DNA of 64,000 nucleotides from Candidatus Saccharimonadota bacterium (lineage in GTDB: Bacteria; Patescibacteriota; Saccharimonadia; Saccharimonadales; AWTP1-31). Position 1 is the stretch's first letter; the number at the start of each line of letters is the position of its first letter. Positions 1-9,767 of the stretch are shown here, piece after piece. The translations under genes were made by a program, and so were the position numbers. The notes below the pieces were generated by a model, which worked only from the letters and a program-made list of their open reading frames with translations, did not search any database and had not been told where the DNA came from. The stretch covers positions 64,659 to 128,658 of the forward strand of contig JBPOHZ010000003.1 in the NCBI GenBank assembly GCA_052034955.1, written 5' to 3'.

Positions 1-2
1 CA

Positions 3-161
3 CTTAACTCAACTAGCCCAAGCCTCAACGATACATTAGCTGGCATTGGGGCAGATGTAGGCGCGATTGCCATTGCAAGAAAACAACTCAGCACCGGTAA
101 ATTTGTCGAATTGTACTTTAAACAAAAAGAATTAGACGTTAATAAAGTAAACCTTATTTAA
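3..161 (+). CDS. C-terminal fragment of an unidentified protein (CDS enters from before the window)
   Basis: Only frame 3 is open from the window edge. It ends at TAA 159-161 and is followed by a hairpin terminator. Too short to assign a family. Confidence 0.45.
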   Translation, partial: LNSTSPSLNDTLAGIGADVGAIAIARKQLSTGKFVELYFKQKELDVNKVNLI

Positions 162-172
162 CCAATAAAAAA

Positions 173-197
173 GCCCCATCTATGATGAGGCGTTTTT
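173..197. terminator. Intrinsic terminator hairpin between convergent CDS and tRNA-Lys (probably bidirectional)
   Basis: GCCCCATC-tat-GATGAGGC stem (one mismatch), flanked by an A-run upstream and a T-run downstream. Confidence 0.55.
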
Positions 198-199
198 AT

Positions 200-276
200 T
201 GGAGGGTCCAGTGGGACTCGAACCCACGACACCCTGCTTAAAAGGCAGGTGCTCTAACCGGCTGAGCTATGGACCC
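200..276 (-). tRNA. tRNA-Lys (anticodon TTT)
   Basis: The reverse complement folds as a cloverleaf: acceptor GGGTCCA/TGGACCC, anticodon loop CTTTTAA, T-loop TTCGAGT, encoded CCA. Confidence 0.9.
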
Positions 277-387
277 ATAGCAGAATTAACTCCTTACATT
301 ATCGTCATTTTAGCCAAAAAGTCAATGGACAAGGCTTTTGTTTGAACTGCACGGGCAGGGTATTGTTTGGGCATGGGTAGGGGAAGT

Positions 388-1833
388 ATGTCAAGAACAA
401 CGATTGTTTCAGCTGGCTTAGCCGCTTTTTTGATTGGTCTGGTGTTGGCTCGTCGCATAACATTGATTAGTTTTCCTCAATTTCTTATTGCTATCGTATT
501 GCTGAGTCCCCTGCTCTTCTATCGCAATATACTTAGCGTGTTAAGTATTATCGCTATTGGTATGTCGATCGGGTGTATACGCGGCACTCAGTTTGCCGAA
601 AAACTAGTCCCCTACCGTGATCTTCAGAAAACTCCCGTAACAATTTTGGCTACCGCCTCCAGTGATGCAGTATATGGGGAAAAGAGCCAAATAGAATTTG
701 ATGTAGGCAATATTATTCTTCTAGAACCTTACTACTCAGAGCTAGTGGGTACTATTGGGGTAAGAGGCTTTGGCGAGCCAATGGTATATAAGGGCGACTC
801 TGTAGTAGTAAGCGCCAAACTTTATCCATCCAGGGGATCCCGGCAGGCCAGGATGAGTTTTGCAAAGATCGAACGAGTCAATAGTGACTCGTCTTGGATT
901 AATAATTTTAGGCGCAAGTTTGCATCTGGTATTCAGTCGGCCTTGCCGGAACCTCTTGGTTCCTTTGGACTAGGAATACTTATTGGACAGCGGACTACCC
1001 TGCCCGATGAGCTTAACCAAGCGATGTCTGTAACCGGGCTAACCCACATTGTGGCGGTTAGTGGCTACAATGTGACTATCATCGTCCAGATGGTCCACCG
1101 GCTAGTCCGTAGGCGGTCAAAGTTTCAGTCTACATTGATTACGCTAGGACTTATTGGACTATTTCTGGCAATTACCGGAAGTAGTGCCTCGATTGTTCGG
1201 GCGGCAATAGTTAGCGGGTTAAGCATCTGGGCATGGTACTACGGTCGAACCTTTAAGCCACTGCTACTGATCTTGCTGGCCGCGGTAATTACCGCCGGAT
1301 ATTATCCAAGCTATTTGTGGAGCGATATCGGATGGCACTTATCTTTCTTGGCATTCTTTGGGGTGTTGGTTTTGGCGCCAGCTTTTCAGGCTAGATACTT
1401 GAGTAAACGCCGGCCAAAGATTTTATTGCAATTACTACTAGAAACCTCGTCAGCTCAGCTAATGACCCTACCGCTAATAATGTACATATTTGGTAGGTTA
1501 TCAGTGGTGGCATTGCTGGCGAACATCCTAATTGTGCCCCTGGTGCCACTTGCTATGGGGCTTGGCTTTGTCGCTGGGATGGCCGGGGCGGTGGCGCCGC
1601 AGATGATGGGCTGGTTGGCCTGGCCGGCAAATATTTGCATGACTTATATGCTAGATATGGTCCAGCTGATGTCTTCCTTGCCAAAAGCTTCGATTTGGCT
1701 AAGTCTTAGCCTGAGCCAAATGTTAGTAGTCTACGGCATTGTGGTTTTGCTGGTATTTACCTGGAAGCATAAAAAAGCTAAAATAACAGATAGAACACAG
1801 AGATTGGAGCACAAATATGAGCGGTCACAGTAA
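388..1833 (+). CDS. comEC: ComEC/Rec2-family DNA internalisation channel (short form, no beta-lactamase domain)
   Basis: Polytopic membrane protein with the competence-domain motif GLTHIVAVSGYNV. The ORF opens at TTG 367; I prefer ATG 388, which sits behind AGGGGAAG. Confidence 0.75.
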   Translation: MSRTTIVSAGLAAFLIGLVLARRITLISFPQFLIAIVLLSPLLFYRNILSVLSIIAIGMSIGCIRGTQFAEKLVPYRDLQKTPVTILATASSDAVYGEKSQIEFDVGNIILLEPYYSELVGTIGVRGFGEPMVYKGDSVVVSAKLYPSRGSRQARMSFAKIERVNSDSSWINNFRRKFASGIQSALPEPLGSFGLGILIGQRTTLPDELNQAMSVTGLTHIVAVSGYNVTIIVQMVHRLVRRRSKFQSTLITLGLIGLFLAITGSSASIVRAAIVSGLSIWAWYYGRTFKPLLLILLAAVITAGYYPSYLWSDIGWHLSFLAFFGVLVLAPAFQARYLSKRRPKILLQLLLETSSAQLMTLPLIMYIFGRLSVVALLANILIVPLVPLAMGLGFVAGMAGAVAPQMMGWLAWPANICMTYMLDMVQLMSSLPKASIWLSLSLSQMLVVYGIVVLLVFTWKHKKAKITDRTQRLEHKYERSQ

Positions 1834-2548
1834 ATGGTCAACAATTAAACGAGCCAAGGGAGCCAAAGATGCAGCCCGAGGCGCGGTATTTACCAAACTA
1901 GGTAATGCCATTGCTATAGCGGCACGCGGTGGTGCCGACCCCGACATGAACTTTAGCTTGCGTTTGGCTATCGACCGAGCCAAAGCTGCCAACATGCCTG
2001 TGGCAAATATCCAGCGTGGCATCGACCGAGGAAGTGGCAAACTTGGTGGCGAACAGATCCAAGAAGTCCTATACGAAGGTTATGGCCCAGGCGGCGTGGC
2101 CATCTTAGTAGAGTGTGCTACCGACAACCTTAATAGAACATACCCAGAAGTTAAACTCGCTTTTAGTAAGCACGGTGGCAACATCGCCGAAAAAGGCGCA
2201 GTTGCCTTCCAGTTTGACCATAAGGGGATGATCCGGGTAAGGGGTGGGGGCGATGACCTGATGCTACAAGCACTGGACGCCGGCGCTAGTGACTTTGAGG
2301 ACGAGGGCGACGAATCGGTGATCTATACCGAAAAGGCCGATCTGGCCAAAGTCCGCGATACACTTAAGGATGCCGAAGTTGAGATACTAGAAGCCGAGCT
2401 CACATATGTCCCCAATAATACCGTCGAAGTAACCGACGAAGCCACGGCTGGTAAGATCATGCGCATTATGGATGCCCTGGAAAGTATTGACGATGTTAGC
2501 AATACCCATGTAAACTTCGACATCGCCGAGAACATCGATGTCTCGTAA
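1817..2548 (+). CDS. YebC/PmpR-family transcriptional regulator
   Basis: N-terminus MSGHSKWSTIKRAKGAKDAARG is the family signature. Lies upstream of ruvC, as in many bacteria. Confidence 0.9.
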   Translation: MSGHSKWSTIKRAKGAKDAARGAVFTKLGNAIAIAARGGADPDMNFSLRLAIDRAKAANMPVANIQRGIDRGSGKLGGEQIQEVLYEGYGPGGVAILVECATDNLNRTYPEVKLAFSKHGGNIAEKGAVAFQFDHKGMIRVRGGGDDLMLQALDAGASDFEDEGDESVIYTEKADLAKVRDTLKDAEVEILEAELTYVPNNTVEVTDEATAGKIMRIMDALESIDDVSNTHVNFDIAENIDVS

Positions 2549-2885
2549 GAGACAGTTCGTAATCGCACTATTTGTTGGCATAGTCGCTGCGTGGGTCATT
2601 AATAACTCCCCGCTCGTAAAACCACGAAACATTCCTTATTATATGCTCCCATCGATATGCTATTCGTTAAAGATAACGCCGCCAGAAACATGCTCTCCGG
2701 ACAAACGGCAAGATACAGGGCAAACCGAATCATTACGGGGCTGGCCAATTGTTTGGCAGACCGATAGTCCAGGTTACGACCTAAATAGCTGGCGGCGTCT
2801 TCTGGCAAACTATGTGCTCATCACAGCGCCTTTTGTTCTATTCGTGGTGTTAACAAGGAGATTTTATGCGCATACTCGGCATTGA
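2538..2885 (+). CDS. Hypothetical small membrane protein
   Basis: 115-aa ORF with two hydrophobic segments. It fills the yebC-ruvC gap and overlaps both neighbours slightly. No recognisable family. Confidence 0.45.
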   Translation: MSRKRQFVIALFVGIVAAWVINNSPLVKPRNIPYYMLPSICYSLKITPPETCSPDKRQDTGQTESLRGWPIVWQTDSPGYDLNSWRRLLANYVLITAPFVLFVVLTRRFYAHTRH

Positions 2886-3339
2886 CCCAGGCACAGGAAT
2901 ACTGGGTTTTGGGGTCATAGATGTAGATAAAACCGGCAAGATTCAACTGGTAGACGCTGGCGTTATCCGCACACCAGTTAAAGAGGACGATGCCGTGCGG
3001 CTGGTGACCATATTCGAAGAACTGCAGGATATTATCGCACAGAATAAACCAGAGGTGATGTCAGTCGAAAAGCTGTTTTTTGCCAGGAATGTAACCACTG
3101 CAATGACGGTGGCTCAAGCCCGCGGCGTGGTGCTGTTGCTAGGCCAACAAAACGGCATGAGATTATTCGAGTACACACCAATGCAAATTAAGCAGGCTAT
3201 TACTGGTTATGGCAAAGCCGACAAAAAGCAGATGCAAGAAATGGTTAAAGTCCTACTTAAACTAAAAGAAATCCCCCGTCCCGATGACGCTGCCGATGCC
3301 CTGGCCGCCGCCATTTGTTGCAGTATGTCTATCCGCTAA
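2866..3339 (+). CDS. ruvC: Crossover junction endodeoxyribonuclease RuvC
   Basis: MRILGIDPGTGILGFGVID N-terminus and DAADALA near the C-terminus; typical length of 157 aa. Confidence 0.92.
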   Translation: MRILGIDPGTGILGFGVIDVDKTGKIQLVDAGVIRTPVKEDDAVRLVTIFEELQDIIAQNKPEVMSVEKLFFARNVTTAMTVAQARGVVLLLGQQNGMRLFEYTPMQIKQAITGYGKADKKQMQEMVKVLLKLKEIPRPDDAADALAAAICCSMSIR

Positions 3340-3340
3340 A

Positions 3341-3940
3341 CTAGTACGTAAACCGATTTGCAAAGCTTAATCTAACGTTGGGCTCAAAATCCTCGGTGCT
3401 GACGAGTCTGTTAATTCTTCGTATACGACTCGTAAGCCTGCCAATATGTATGATATCCATATAACCACCATCTCTATCGAGGCTCAGCTCGGCAAGGGGT
3501 CCTCGTAATGTGTGGGGTGCACGATTAGGTATACTCCCGTCGGTGTTTGTGACATTAACGTCTGGCCGAGCGGGCAGGAGCGTAACCTCTACGAGTTGTC
3601 CTATTAAGGATTTGGCATTAATATCTGGGTGTTTACGCCTTTCTGCTTCTATACCTTCTACTGCAATACGTAGTGCTGCTGCTTGCGTTGCTTGTATCTC
3701 GTGAGCTATTGACACAAAACCACTACTTTCAATGCTGTAGGTATCCGGGTTGTTAGCTGCGTCAATAAAGGTTTGACCAACACGACTTCTGACTGACTGT
3801 ACTCTTTCTTCCAGGCTTTTTGCCAACGAAGTTAGCTGAGCATCTTGCTGTAAGAATTCTGCGTAGTTGGCTAGCAGGGCGTCTCCGTCCTGATCGATAA
3901 TTACTTCGGGCGCTGCTGCTAATGGGAATTGGACTGTCAT
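3341..3940 (-). CDS. Hypothetical protein (orphan) antisense between ruvC and ruvA
   Basis: 199-aa ORF with protein-like composition. Its stop is 1 nt from the ruvC stop. No motif recognised. Confidence 0.6.
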   Translation of the reverse strand: MTVQFPLAAAPEVIIDQDGDALLANYAEFLQQDAQLTSLAKSLEERVQSVRSRVGQTFIDAANNPDTYSIESSGFVSIAHEIQATQAAALRIAVEGIEAERRKHPDINAKSLIGQLVEVTLLPARPDVNVTNTDGSIPNRAPHTLRGPLAELSLDRDGGYMDIIHIGRLTSRIRRINRLVSTEDFEPNVRLSFANRFTY

Positions 3941-4020
3941 GAGTCTCCTTACTGTTTTAATAGTTACTACCTTACTCTTGTGTTCTTAAGATGCCAAGCC
4001 CGACGTGGTAGGATAGGGTT

Positions 4021-4596
4021 ATGATTGCAACACTTACCGGCACTGTTACCGAACACCAGGGCAACAGGGTAATACTAGAAGTTGGCTTTGTGGGCTACGG
4101 TGTGATGGTAACCGCTACCGACCAAGGCCTGCTGCCCAGTGGTGCCGAGACCAAACTGTATATTTACGAGCATATTAAAGAAGACGCACACGACCTAATT
4201 GGCTTTAAGTCGATAAGTACAAAGCAACTGTTTGAGCAGCTTTTGAGCGTAAAGAACGTCGGACCAAAAGGGGCCTTAGCAGTGCTCGATATTGGCAACG
4301 AAGCCGTGGTGCGAAATGCTATTGCGGGCGGTGACGTTAAGCAGCTCCAAACTGCCAAAGGAGTCGGCAAGCGAGCTGCCGAACAGATTGTAGTGGAGTT
4401 GCGCGACAAAGTCGGTGCACCAGTTGGCGCTGCGGCCGAGAGTCTTATTGGCCGAGCCGGTATTAACTCTACCGATGAAGCGGTACAGGCTTTGGTGTCA
4501 CTTGGTTATTCGGATGTCGATGCTCAAGCTGCACTAGATGGAATTGATTCAACGTTGCCAGTAGAAGAACGAGTTAAACTGGCGCTCAAGGGTTAG
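4021..4596 (+). CDS. ruvA: Holliday junction DNA helicase subunit RuvA
   Basis: MIATLTG..VILEVGFVGYGV OB-fold N-terminus and the HhH region KNVGPKGALAVL..KGVGKRAAEQIV. Confidence 0.92.
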   Translation: MIATLTGTVTEHQGNRVILEVGFVGYGVMVTATDQGLLPSGAETKLYIYEHIKEDAHDLIGFKSISTKQLFEQLLSVKNVGPKGALAVLDIGNEAVVRNAIAGGDVKQLQTAKGVGKRAAEQIVVELRDKVGAPVGAAAESLIGRAGINSTDEAVQALVSLGYSDVDAQAALDGIDSTLPVEERVKLALKG

Positions 4597-4602
4597 ACGT
4601 TA

Positions 4603-5208
4603 CTAGCTATCGACGCGACGTAGTTTATCTACTCTTAGTGTTTGTGTTATTGGATCAGCAGTTTTTGCAATAAAGTAAGGAAGGCTTTTACGACCAGCTT
4701 CGGTTAGGACGAATCGTGGCTCCAGCCAGCCTATAGTGAATCTCCTCGACACCTTTTTATTGCCATTGAGCGACTCGGGGTCGAGTTCCTCCCAGACTTT
4801 ACCAGTTACTAGAGACTCTTTGAAAACACTAGCGCTAAGACCCAAAGTAACTTTCTTGATACCTATTCTTCCAAGATCGGACGGAACTGTATCTAGTATT
4901 GCTTTGCTTTCTTCGTCGAAGGGGTTTTCCGGGTCGATAACATGTATGCCGCCTGCGGTTATGCGTACGCGTTGAGGGCGGTTGTCGCTTGCTGCTAAAG
5001 CTGGATCAAGCCGTTCTATTGCTCCCCTCTGATTTGGGAAATTTGCCTTAATCTCATCATCTACTACCACACGGACATCAAAGCCTGGCTCTAAGGGAAT
5101 CGGATGAAAGACACCTACCGGTTTTAATTTGGCGGCTATGGCATCAAGCCCTTGGTTGATCCGACCTATAGAGCTCTCTTCAACTTCTCGTACTAGCTCA
5201 ATACCCAT
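4603..5208 (-). CDS. Hypothetical protein (orphan), downstream partner of a coupled pair
   Basis: 201-aa ORF. Its ATG overlaps the upstream gene's stop (TAATG). Confidence 0.6.
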   Translation of the reverse strand: MGIELVREVEESSIGRINQGLDAIAAKLKPVGVFHPIPLEPGFDVRVVVDDEIKANFPNQRGAIERLDPALAASDNRPQRVRITAGGIHVIDPENPFDEESKAILDTVPSDLGRIGIKKVTLGLSASVFKESLVTGKVWEELDPESLNGNKKVSRRFTIGWLEPRFVLTEAGRKSLPYFIAKTADPITQTLRVDKLRRVDS

Positions 5209-5786
5209 TATGCTGCCACACCCCTAAGGTCAGAACCGGGTACATAAATCTCGGCAGTAAGCGGCCCCAATGTAATATTTTGGGACATGCTTTGTACGTA
5301 GCGGCTAACGGTTCCAGCTATTTCTAGTATTTCATCATCTAGTTTGGGGGCACCATCTATTAATTTTGCAAGGGGATATACCATTGGATATAACTGAGTG
5401 CGGCTCCCACCAACCCGATGTCTGGCTTGCCTCAGACAAATACGTTGCTCGATTTGATCTATATGGGTGCTGGGCAGCGATAATCGAACTCGTTCAATAG
5501 CCGGTTCTTCTAACCATTCAGCCGGTCCATAAAAAGGATGTGCAGAAGTAGACACGACTTGATTCCATCGGCTATGTTCTAGTAATGTTTGCATTTCTAC
5601 GAATCGATGTTGATTGCTGCTAGGGTAGTCAATTGTGGCTACAAGCACCTTTCGGCCAATATCTACAGGGACAAGTAAATCTCCAAGTTTCCTATTGGCA
5701 GCAAGGATCGCTTCGTGTGATCGAGTGTTAAGCCATTTTTCTGAGCCTGGATCGATTTCTCTTGTGAATGCCACTCCATATGTCAT
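5208..5786 (-). CDS. Hypothetical protein (orphan), upstream partner of a coupled pair
   Basis: 192-aa ORF, translationally coupled to 4603-5208. No motif recognised with confidence. Confidence 0.6.
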   Translation of the reverse strand: MTYGVAFTREIDPGSEKWLNTRSHEAILAANRKLGDLLVPVDIGRKVLVATIDYPSSNQHRFVEMQTLLEHSRWNQVVSTSAHPFYGPAEWLEEPAIERVRLSLPSTHIDQIEQRICLRQARHRVGGSRTQLYPMVYPLAKLIDGAPKLDDEILEIAGTVSRYVQSMSQNITLGPLTAEIYVPGSDLRGVAA

Positions 5787-5850
5787 AAATATATTATACG
5801 ATATTAGGTTGGTATAAGCAATTACATGGCGTGGTTTCTGCTGTTACAAT

Positions 5851-6870
5851 ATGGCAATGGCCATTGAGAGGATAGTAGATACCGAAGCGGATGTTGAGGA
5901 CGTGCAAGAGCAAGAGCTCGAGCAGACTCTACGTCCCAAAGATTTCGCCAATTACATCGGTCAGAAACGACTCAAGCAGAACCTCAAGCTGGCTATCGAT
6001 GCTGCCAAAAAGCGCGGCGAACCACTTGATCACGTCCTGCTGTACGGCCCACCGGGACTCGGTAAGACCACTATGGCGACGGTTATTGCTAACGAAATGG
6101 GTGCTCAGATCCGAATTACCAGTGGCCCGGCAATTGAACGGGCCGGTGATTTGGCTAGCCTACTGACTAGTTTGCAAGACGGTGACATCTTGTTTATAGA
6201 CGAGGTCCACCGCCTAAACCGTAGTGTGGAAGAGGTGCTATACAGCGCCATGGAAGATTTTAAGTTAGACATTATGCTAGGCAAGGGGCCGAGTGCCAAA
6301 AGCTTGCGCCTAGATTTGCCCAAGTTCACATTGATAGGCGCCACTACCCGGACAGGAGCGTTAGCCGCACCACTGCGCGACCGTTTTGGTATGATTCATC
6401 GGCTTGAGTTCTATGCCCCCGACGAGGTGGCCCAAATTATTGAACGGGCCGCTGGAATCTTGAATATTCATATCAAACCGCAGGCTGCCGAGCAATTAGC
6501 ACATCGTGCAAGGCTGACGCCGCGTATTGCTAACCGTTTGCTACGCCGGGTCCGCGACTACGCCGATGTTAACGGCGATGGCATTATCGACACCGCCATT
6601 AGCACCAGCGCTCTAGAACTTCTAGAGATCGATACCCTTGGCTTGGATCCGGGGGATCGCATGCTACTAAATGCTATTATCGAAAACTACGCTGGCGGTC
6701 CGGTAGGTATAGAAACGCTAGCGGCGCTTACTGCCGAAGAGCGCAGCACCATAGAGGACTTCTACGAACCGTACCTGATGCAAATTGGACTTTTAGAGCG
6801 CACACCGCGTGGACGCAAGGTTACACCCAAGGCCTATACGCATCTCGGCAAGAAACAATCTTCTATCTGA
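5851..6870 (+). CDS. ruvB: Holliday junction branch migration helicase RuvB
   Basis: [12 protein letters not shown], Walker [10 protein letters not shown], Walker [11 protein letters not shown], and the C-terminal winged-helix region. Confidence 0.95.
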   Translation: MAMAIERIVDTEADVEDVQEQELEQTLRPKDFANYIGQKRLKQNLKLAIDAAKKRGEPLDHVLLYGPPGLGKTTMATVIANEMGAQIRITSGPAIERAGDLASLLTSLQDGDILFIDEVHRLNRSVEEVLYSAMEDFKLDIMLGKGPSAKSLRLDLPKFTLIGATTRTGALAAPLRDRFGMIHRLEFYAPDEVAQIIERAAGILNIHIKPQAAEQLAHRARLTPRIANRLLRRVRDYADVNGDGIIDTAISTSALELLEIDTLGLDPGDRMLLNAIIENYAGGPVGIETLAALTAEERSTIEDFYEPYLMQIGLLERTPRGRKVTPKAYTHLGKKQSSI

Positions 6871-6883
6871 TATAATTAGCCCA

Positions 6884-7543
6884 ATGAAAGCACCAAAACA
6901 AGATTATAGCCAAACGCTAAATAAAGTTGATGACGACGAAAAATTACTGGCCATAATAAAAAGACACCCTTTTGGAATAATTAAGCTTTATTTCCAAGTG
7001 TTCATTGCTTTGTCTGTTGCAGGAGGGCTGATCTATTATCTACTGCCAGATCTTGTCAGCCGAGATGATAATCCGGGCCTGTACGCCATTATTGGTTTAT
7101 TGGCGGTTGTTGTTTTTGGCTTTATGATGCTTATCACCGGTATTGCGACCATTCTTTACAACAAGAACCAGCTTGTGATCACCGACAAGACAATCACCCA
7201 AACTTTGCAAGTTAGCCTGTTCGACAAGAAGACGTCTCAACTTTCGGTATCTAGTGTCGAAGACGTCACCGCAAACAACAATGGATTTTTCCCGACAATA
7301 TTTGGCTACGGGCGATTACTAATCGAAACCGCTGGTGAGCAAGAAAACTTCCACTTCGATTATTGTCCACACGCCGAGCATTATGCCAAGTTAGTTCTTG
7401 AAGCACGTCAAGAGTTCATGGGCAGCAGAGAACTTGAGCTTCGTGATTCTGCAAAATCATACGCGACCTCAAGAAGTAGTCGGAAAAACGATGGTCTACT
7501 GGTCGGTCAGGTGGCCGTTGATGCCGAAGAAACTACTCGCTAG
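6884..7543 (+). CDS. Membrane protein with bacterial PH domain (YdbS/YdbT-like)
   Basis: IIKRHPFGIIKLYFQ followed by two TM helices and then a PH-like beta region. I chose ATG 6884, just after the ruvB stop, rather than the ORF-track start at 6809. Confidence 0.6.
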   Translation: MKAPKQDYSQTLNKVDDDEKLLAIIKRHPFGIIKLYFQVFIALSVAGGLIYYLLPDLVSRDDNPGLYAIIGLLAVVVFGFMMLITGIATILYNKNQLVITDKTITQTLQVSLFDKKTSQLSVSSVEDVTANNNGFFPTIFGYGRLLIETAGEQENFHFDYCPHAEHYAKLVLEARQEFMGSRELELRDSAKSYATSRSSRKNDGLLVGQVAVDAEETTR

Positions 7544-7989
7544 TTAAAGTTATTTTTTACAAAAGCGTCAGTACCTTCTTGGGTAGCTGTAAGGGTGTAC
7601 TTCATGCAATCACGTGTATCGTTGTCACAGTTGCCGCCATCATCGGCCTTAGCTTCGTAGCTGTAAGCATCTTCTGCAGGGGCGCCGACTAGGGTCGCCT
7701 TGTCGGCGTTCGGATCCTTGATTTCATCATCACCTACAGATTTCATATTTTTTGCTCGCCAAGCCGAGTCATTTAGGTTGGCAAGTGTTGGGTACTTTTC
7801 GTTTTGGGCGTAGTAGTTCTCGACTGCTTGTTGAACAAACTTGATGTCGTTTTGCCGCTCAGAGTTACGGGATTTTCGTCGGAAATCGCTAAACGTGGTG
7901 ATAATCAAGCCGGCTAGTATGCCAATGACAATAATCACAATTAACAGCTCGACTATTGTAAAGCCATCTTGTTTGCGTTTCATGGTCAT
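7540..7989 (-). CDS. Type IV pilin (prepilin-type N-terminal cleavage/methylation domain)
   Basis: KQDG|FTIVELLIVIIVIGILAGLII is a classical class III signal peptide with Glu+5. Confidence 0.9.
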   Translation of the reverse strand: MTMKRKQDGFTIVELLIVIIVIGILAGLIITTFSDFRRKSRNSERQNDIKFVQQAVENYYAQNEKYPTLANLNDSAWRAKNMKSVGDDEIKDPNADKATLVGAPAEDAYSYEAKADDGGNCDNDTRDCMKYTLTATQEGTDAFVKNNFN

Positions 7990-8051
7990 TAGTTATTCTC
8001 CTGATATTATCTGTTATTGTTACTCTGATTATAGTCGTAACCATCTTAGCG

Positions 8052-9695
8052 TCAACATTCTAAGACTAAATCAATTGGTATTAGACCAGATTGAGATTTA
8101 ATAAGTGCATCCATGGCCAGGTTAATATTACTGTCTTGAGCTTCAACTATGTTTATCCAGCCCTTGTAACCGGTAAAATTACAGGCTTCGCAACCTAATA
8201 CATTTGGCTGCCAGCTAGCTTCTAGTATTACTGGTAGTTGACTAATTTCTACACTGCTCGGTATGGTCTTGATTGCTTCTTCGACTCTTCTGCGAAGAGG
8301 CGCCAAGTTCTGTGATTTATTGGTTTGGAATTTATTATCTATTCTTGATCTTAGATTGGGGTTAATGTCGACTAACTGGCGGCAGATGGGACAGAGCTTT
8401 CGGACTGGGCGCTGGAAGATCATACATCGGACATTTAGCGGGGGCACTTCTTTGATGGTTAAGTATTTATTGGTATCTTCCAAAGATTTAGCCCTTACCG
8501 AAGCTATCACTAACTGACGATTGGTCATGTCCATGATCTGCTGGACGCTTTTTTGGTTCGGTAGGTTATCAACCATTAATACATCAGGATGGTGGTTAAT
8601 CGATAAGGAAAGGGCTTTGTGGATATCAAGACCGGTCGATGGGCTGAGTTCTATCTGAGAAACTCTATCTAGGCGATATCTTTGCCTGGCTTCTATACTA
8701 AATATCGAAAGTCCAGAAGACCTCAGATTGGTAACTATACTGCAAAGCACCGTCTGGGTGTCAGAACCGGCTGGTGCGCCGACCGCAATCAATCCGTTTG
8801 GCTGGGCAATCGATGCGTCAATTATCTTTAAGGCATCACCCCAATATCCAAGATACTCTAGGCTCGGTACGGCTAACTCTCCATACAGTAGACCAAGGGT
8901 TAATTGACTACCATCTAAAACGGGCAAGACACTTAATCGTATGTTGATATTACTCGATCCGTGAGACACAAGGATAGATCCGCTTTGAGGAGACCTAGTA
9001 TCGTGGATGTCTAGTCCGGCTTGTTGTTTGACGAAGTCAATTAATTGCTGAGCCTTAGGTTTAGATAGCTTGAAGCTGTTAACCATTGTTCCATCTACCC
9101 GAAACCTAATAGATACCAGATTCTCTTGTGGTTCGATATGTATGCTTTGAGCGCGTTTTTTAATAGCCGCTGACAAAATGTACTGGAAGGCAGCTTGCAA
9201 GCCTTCTTCGTCTAGCGTTCCCGAACCGGTTGGTGTGGCCCGGACAATCTTTAGGTGTTCACTTGGATTCGTAGAGTCATATCTAGACAATTGATTTTGA
9301 ATATTTATTTCCGGGGCCAAGAAAAACTGTATATCAACACCAAGAAGTTTCTGTAAGAATTCTTTTGCTGGCTGATCGTTTATATTGGCCATAGCAATCT
9401 TCAGCCCCGGCCCTTTATCGAACACAACAGCGTTGAACCTACGGGCATAGGTGACAGCTAAGTAGTTCATTAGGTCGCTATCAATTGGTTGATCAAGTTC
9501 TACGAAAGGTGTATTTGTCTGTTGCGCATAAGCACGGGCAAAATCTGTCTCGGAGATTATTCCATCACTAACGGCCTGGTCATACAGGGGTAGTTGCGAT
9601 TTAGCTTGGTTGCCGACAGACATCTTTAGCTGTTCTTCGGACACCAAGCCGGCAAGAATTTCCTCTGTTAGGCTATCTGAAATACGCATATGCAA
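8052..9695 (-). CDS. GspE/PilB-family protein with degenerate ATPase motifs (predicted pseudo-ATPase)
   Basis: PilB-like architecture, including the tetracysteine CPICRQ...CEACNFTGYKG. Walker A reads GAPAGSDTQT, the Asp box IEARQR, Walker B VLMVDNLPN and the His box NRQLVIASVRAK. Confidence 0.8.
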   Translation of the reverse strand: MHMRISDSLTEEILAGLVSEEQLKMSVGNQAKSQLPLYDQAVSDGIISETDFARAYAQQTNTPFVELDQPIDSDLMNYLAVTYARRFNAVVFDKGPGLKIAMANINDQPAKEFLQKLLGVDIQFFLAPEINIQNQLSRYDSTNPSEHLKIVRATPTGSGTLDEEGLQAAFQYILSAAIKKRAQSIHIEPQENLVSIRFRVDGTMVNSFKLSKPKAQQLIDFVKQQAGLDIHDTRSPQSGSILVSHGSSNINIRLSVLPVLDGSQLTLGLLYGELAVPSLEYLGYWGDALKIIDASIAQPNGLIAVGAPAGSDTQTVLCSIVTNLRSSGLSIFSIEARQRYRLDRVSQIELSPSTGLDIHKALSLSINHHPDVLMVDNLPNQKSVQQIMDMTNRQLVIASVRAKSLEDTNKYLTIKEVPPLNVRCMIFQRPVRKLCPICRQLVDINPNLRSRIDNKFQTNKSQNLAPLRRRVEEAIKTIPSSVEISQLPVILEASWQPNVLGCEACNFTGYKGWINIVEAQDSNINLAMDALIKSQSGLIPIDLVLEC

Positions 9696-9767
9696 ACAGT
9701 ATAAAACATAAGCGTTTTTGTGACGAACTTACTTGCTATACTGTTTAGGAAAGAAAAGGAGCATCTC

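Noticed and set aside
5845-5857. TACAAT immediately before the ruvB ATG, suggesting a leaderless transcript
   Set aside because: The geometry is possible (a second in-frame ATG lies at 5857). However, a single -10-like hexamer without other support is too weak to report as a feature.
9216-9236. TPTGSGT in the N-terminal part of the PilB-like protein, which looks like a P-loop
   Set aside because: It lacks the Lys. It also lies in the linker before the N2 domain (just upstream of the SIHIEP motif), not at the Walker A position. I treat it as coincidental.
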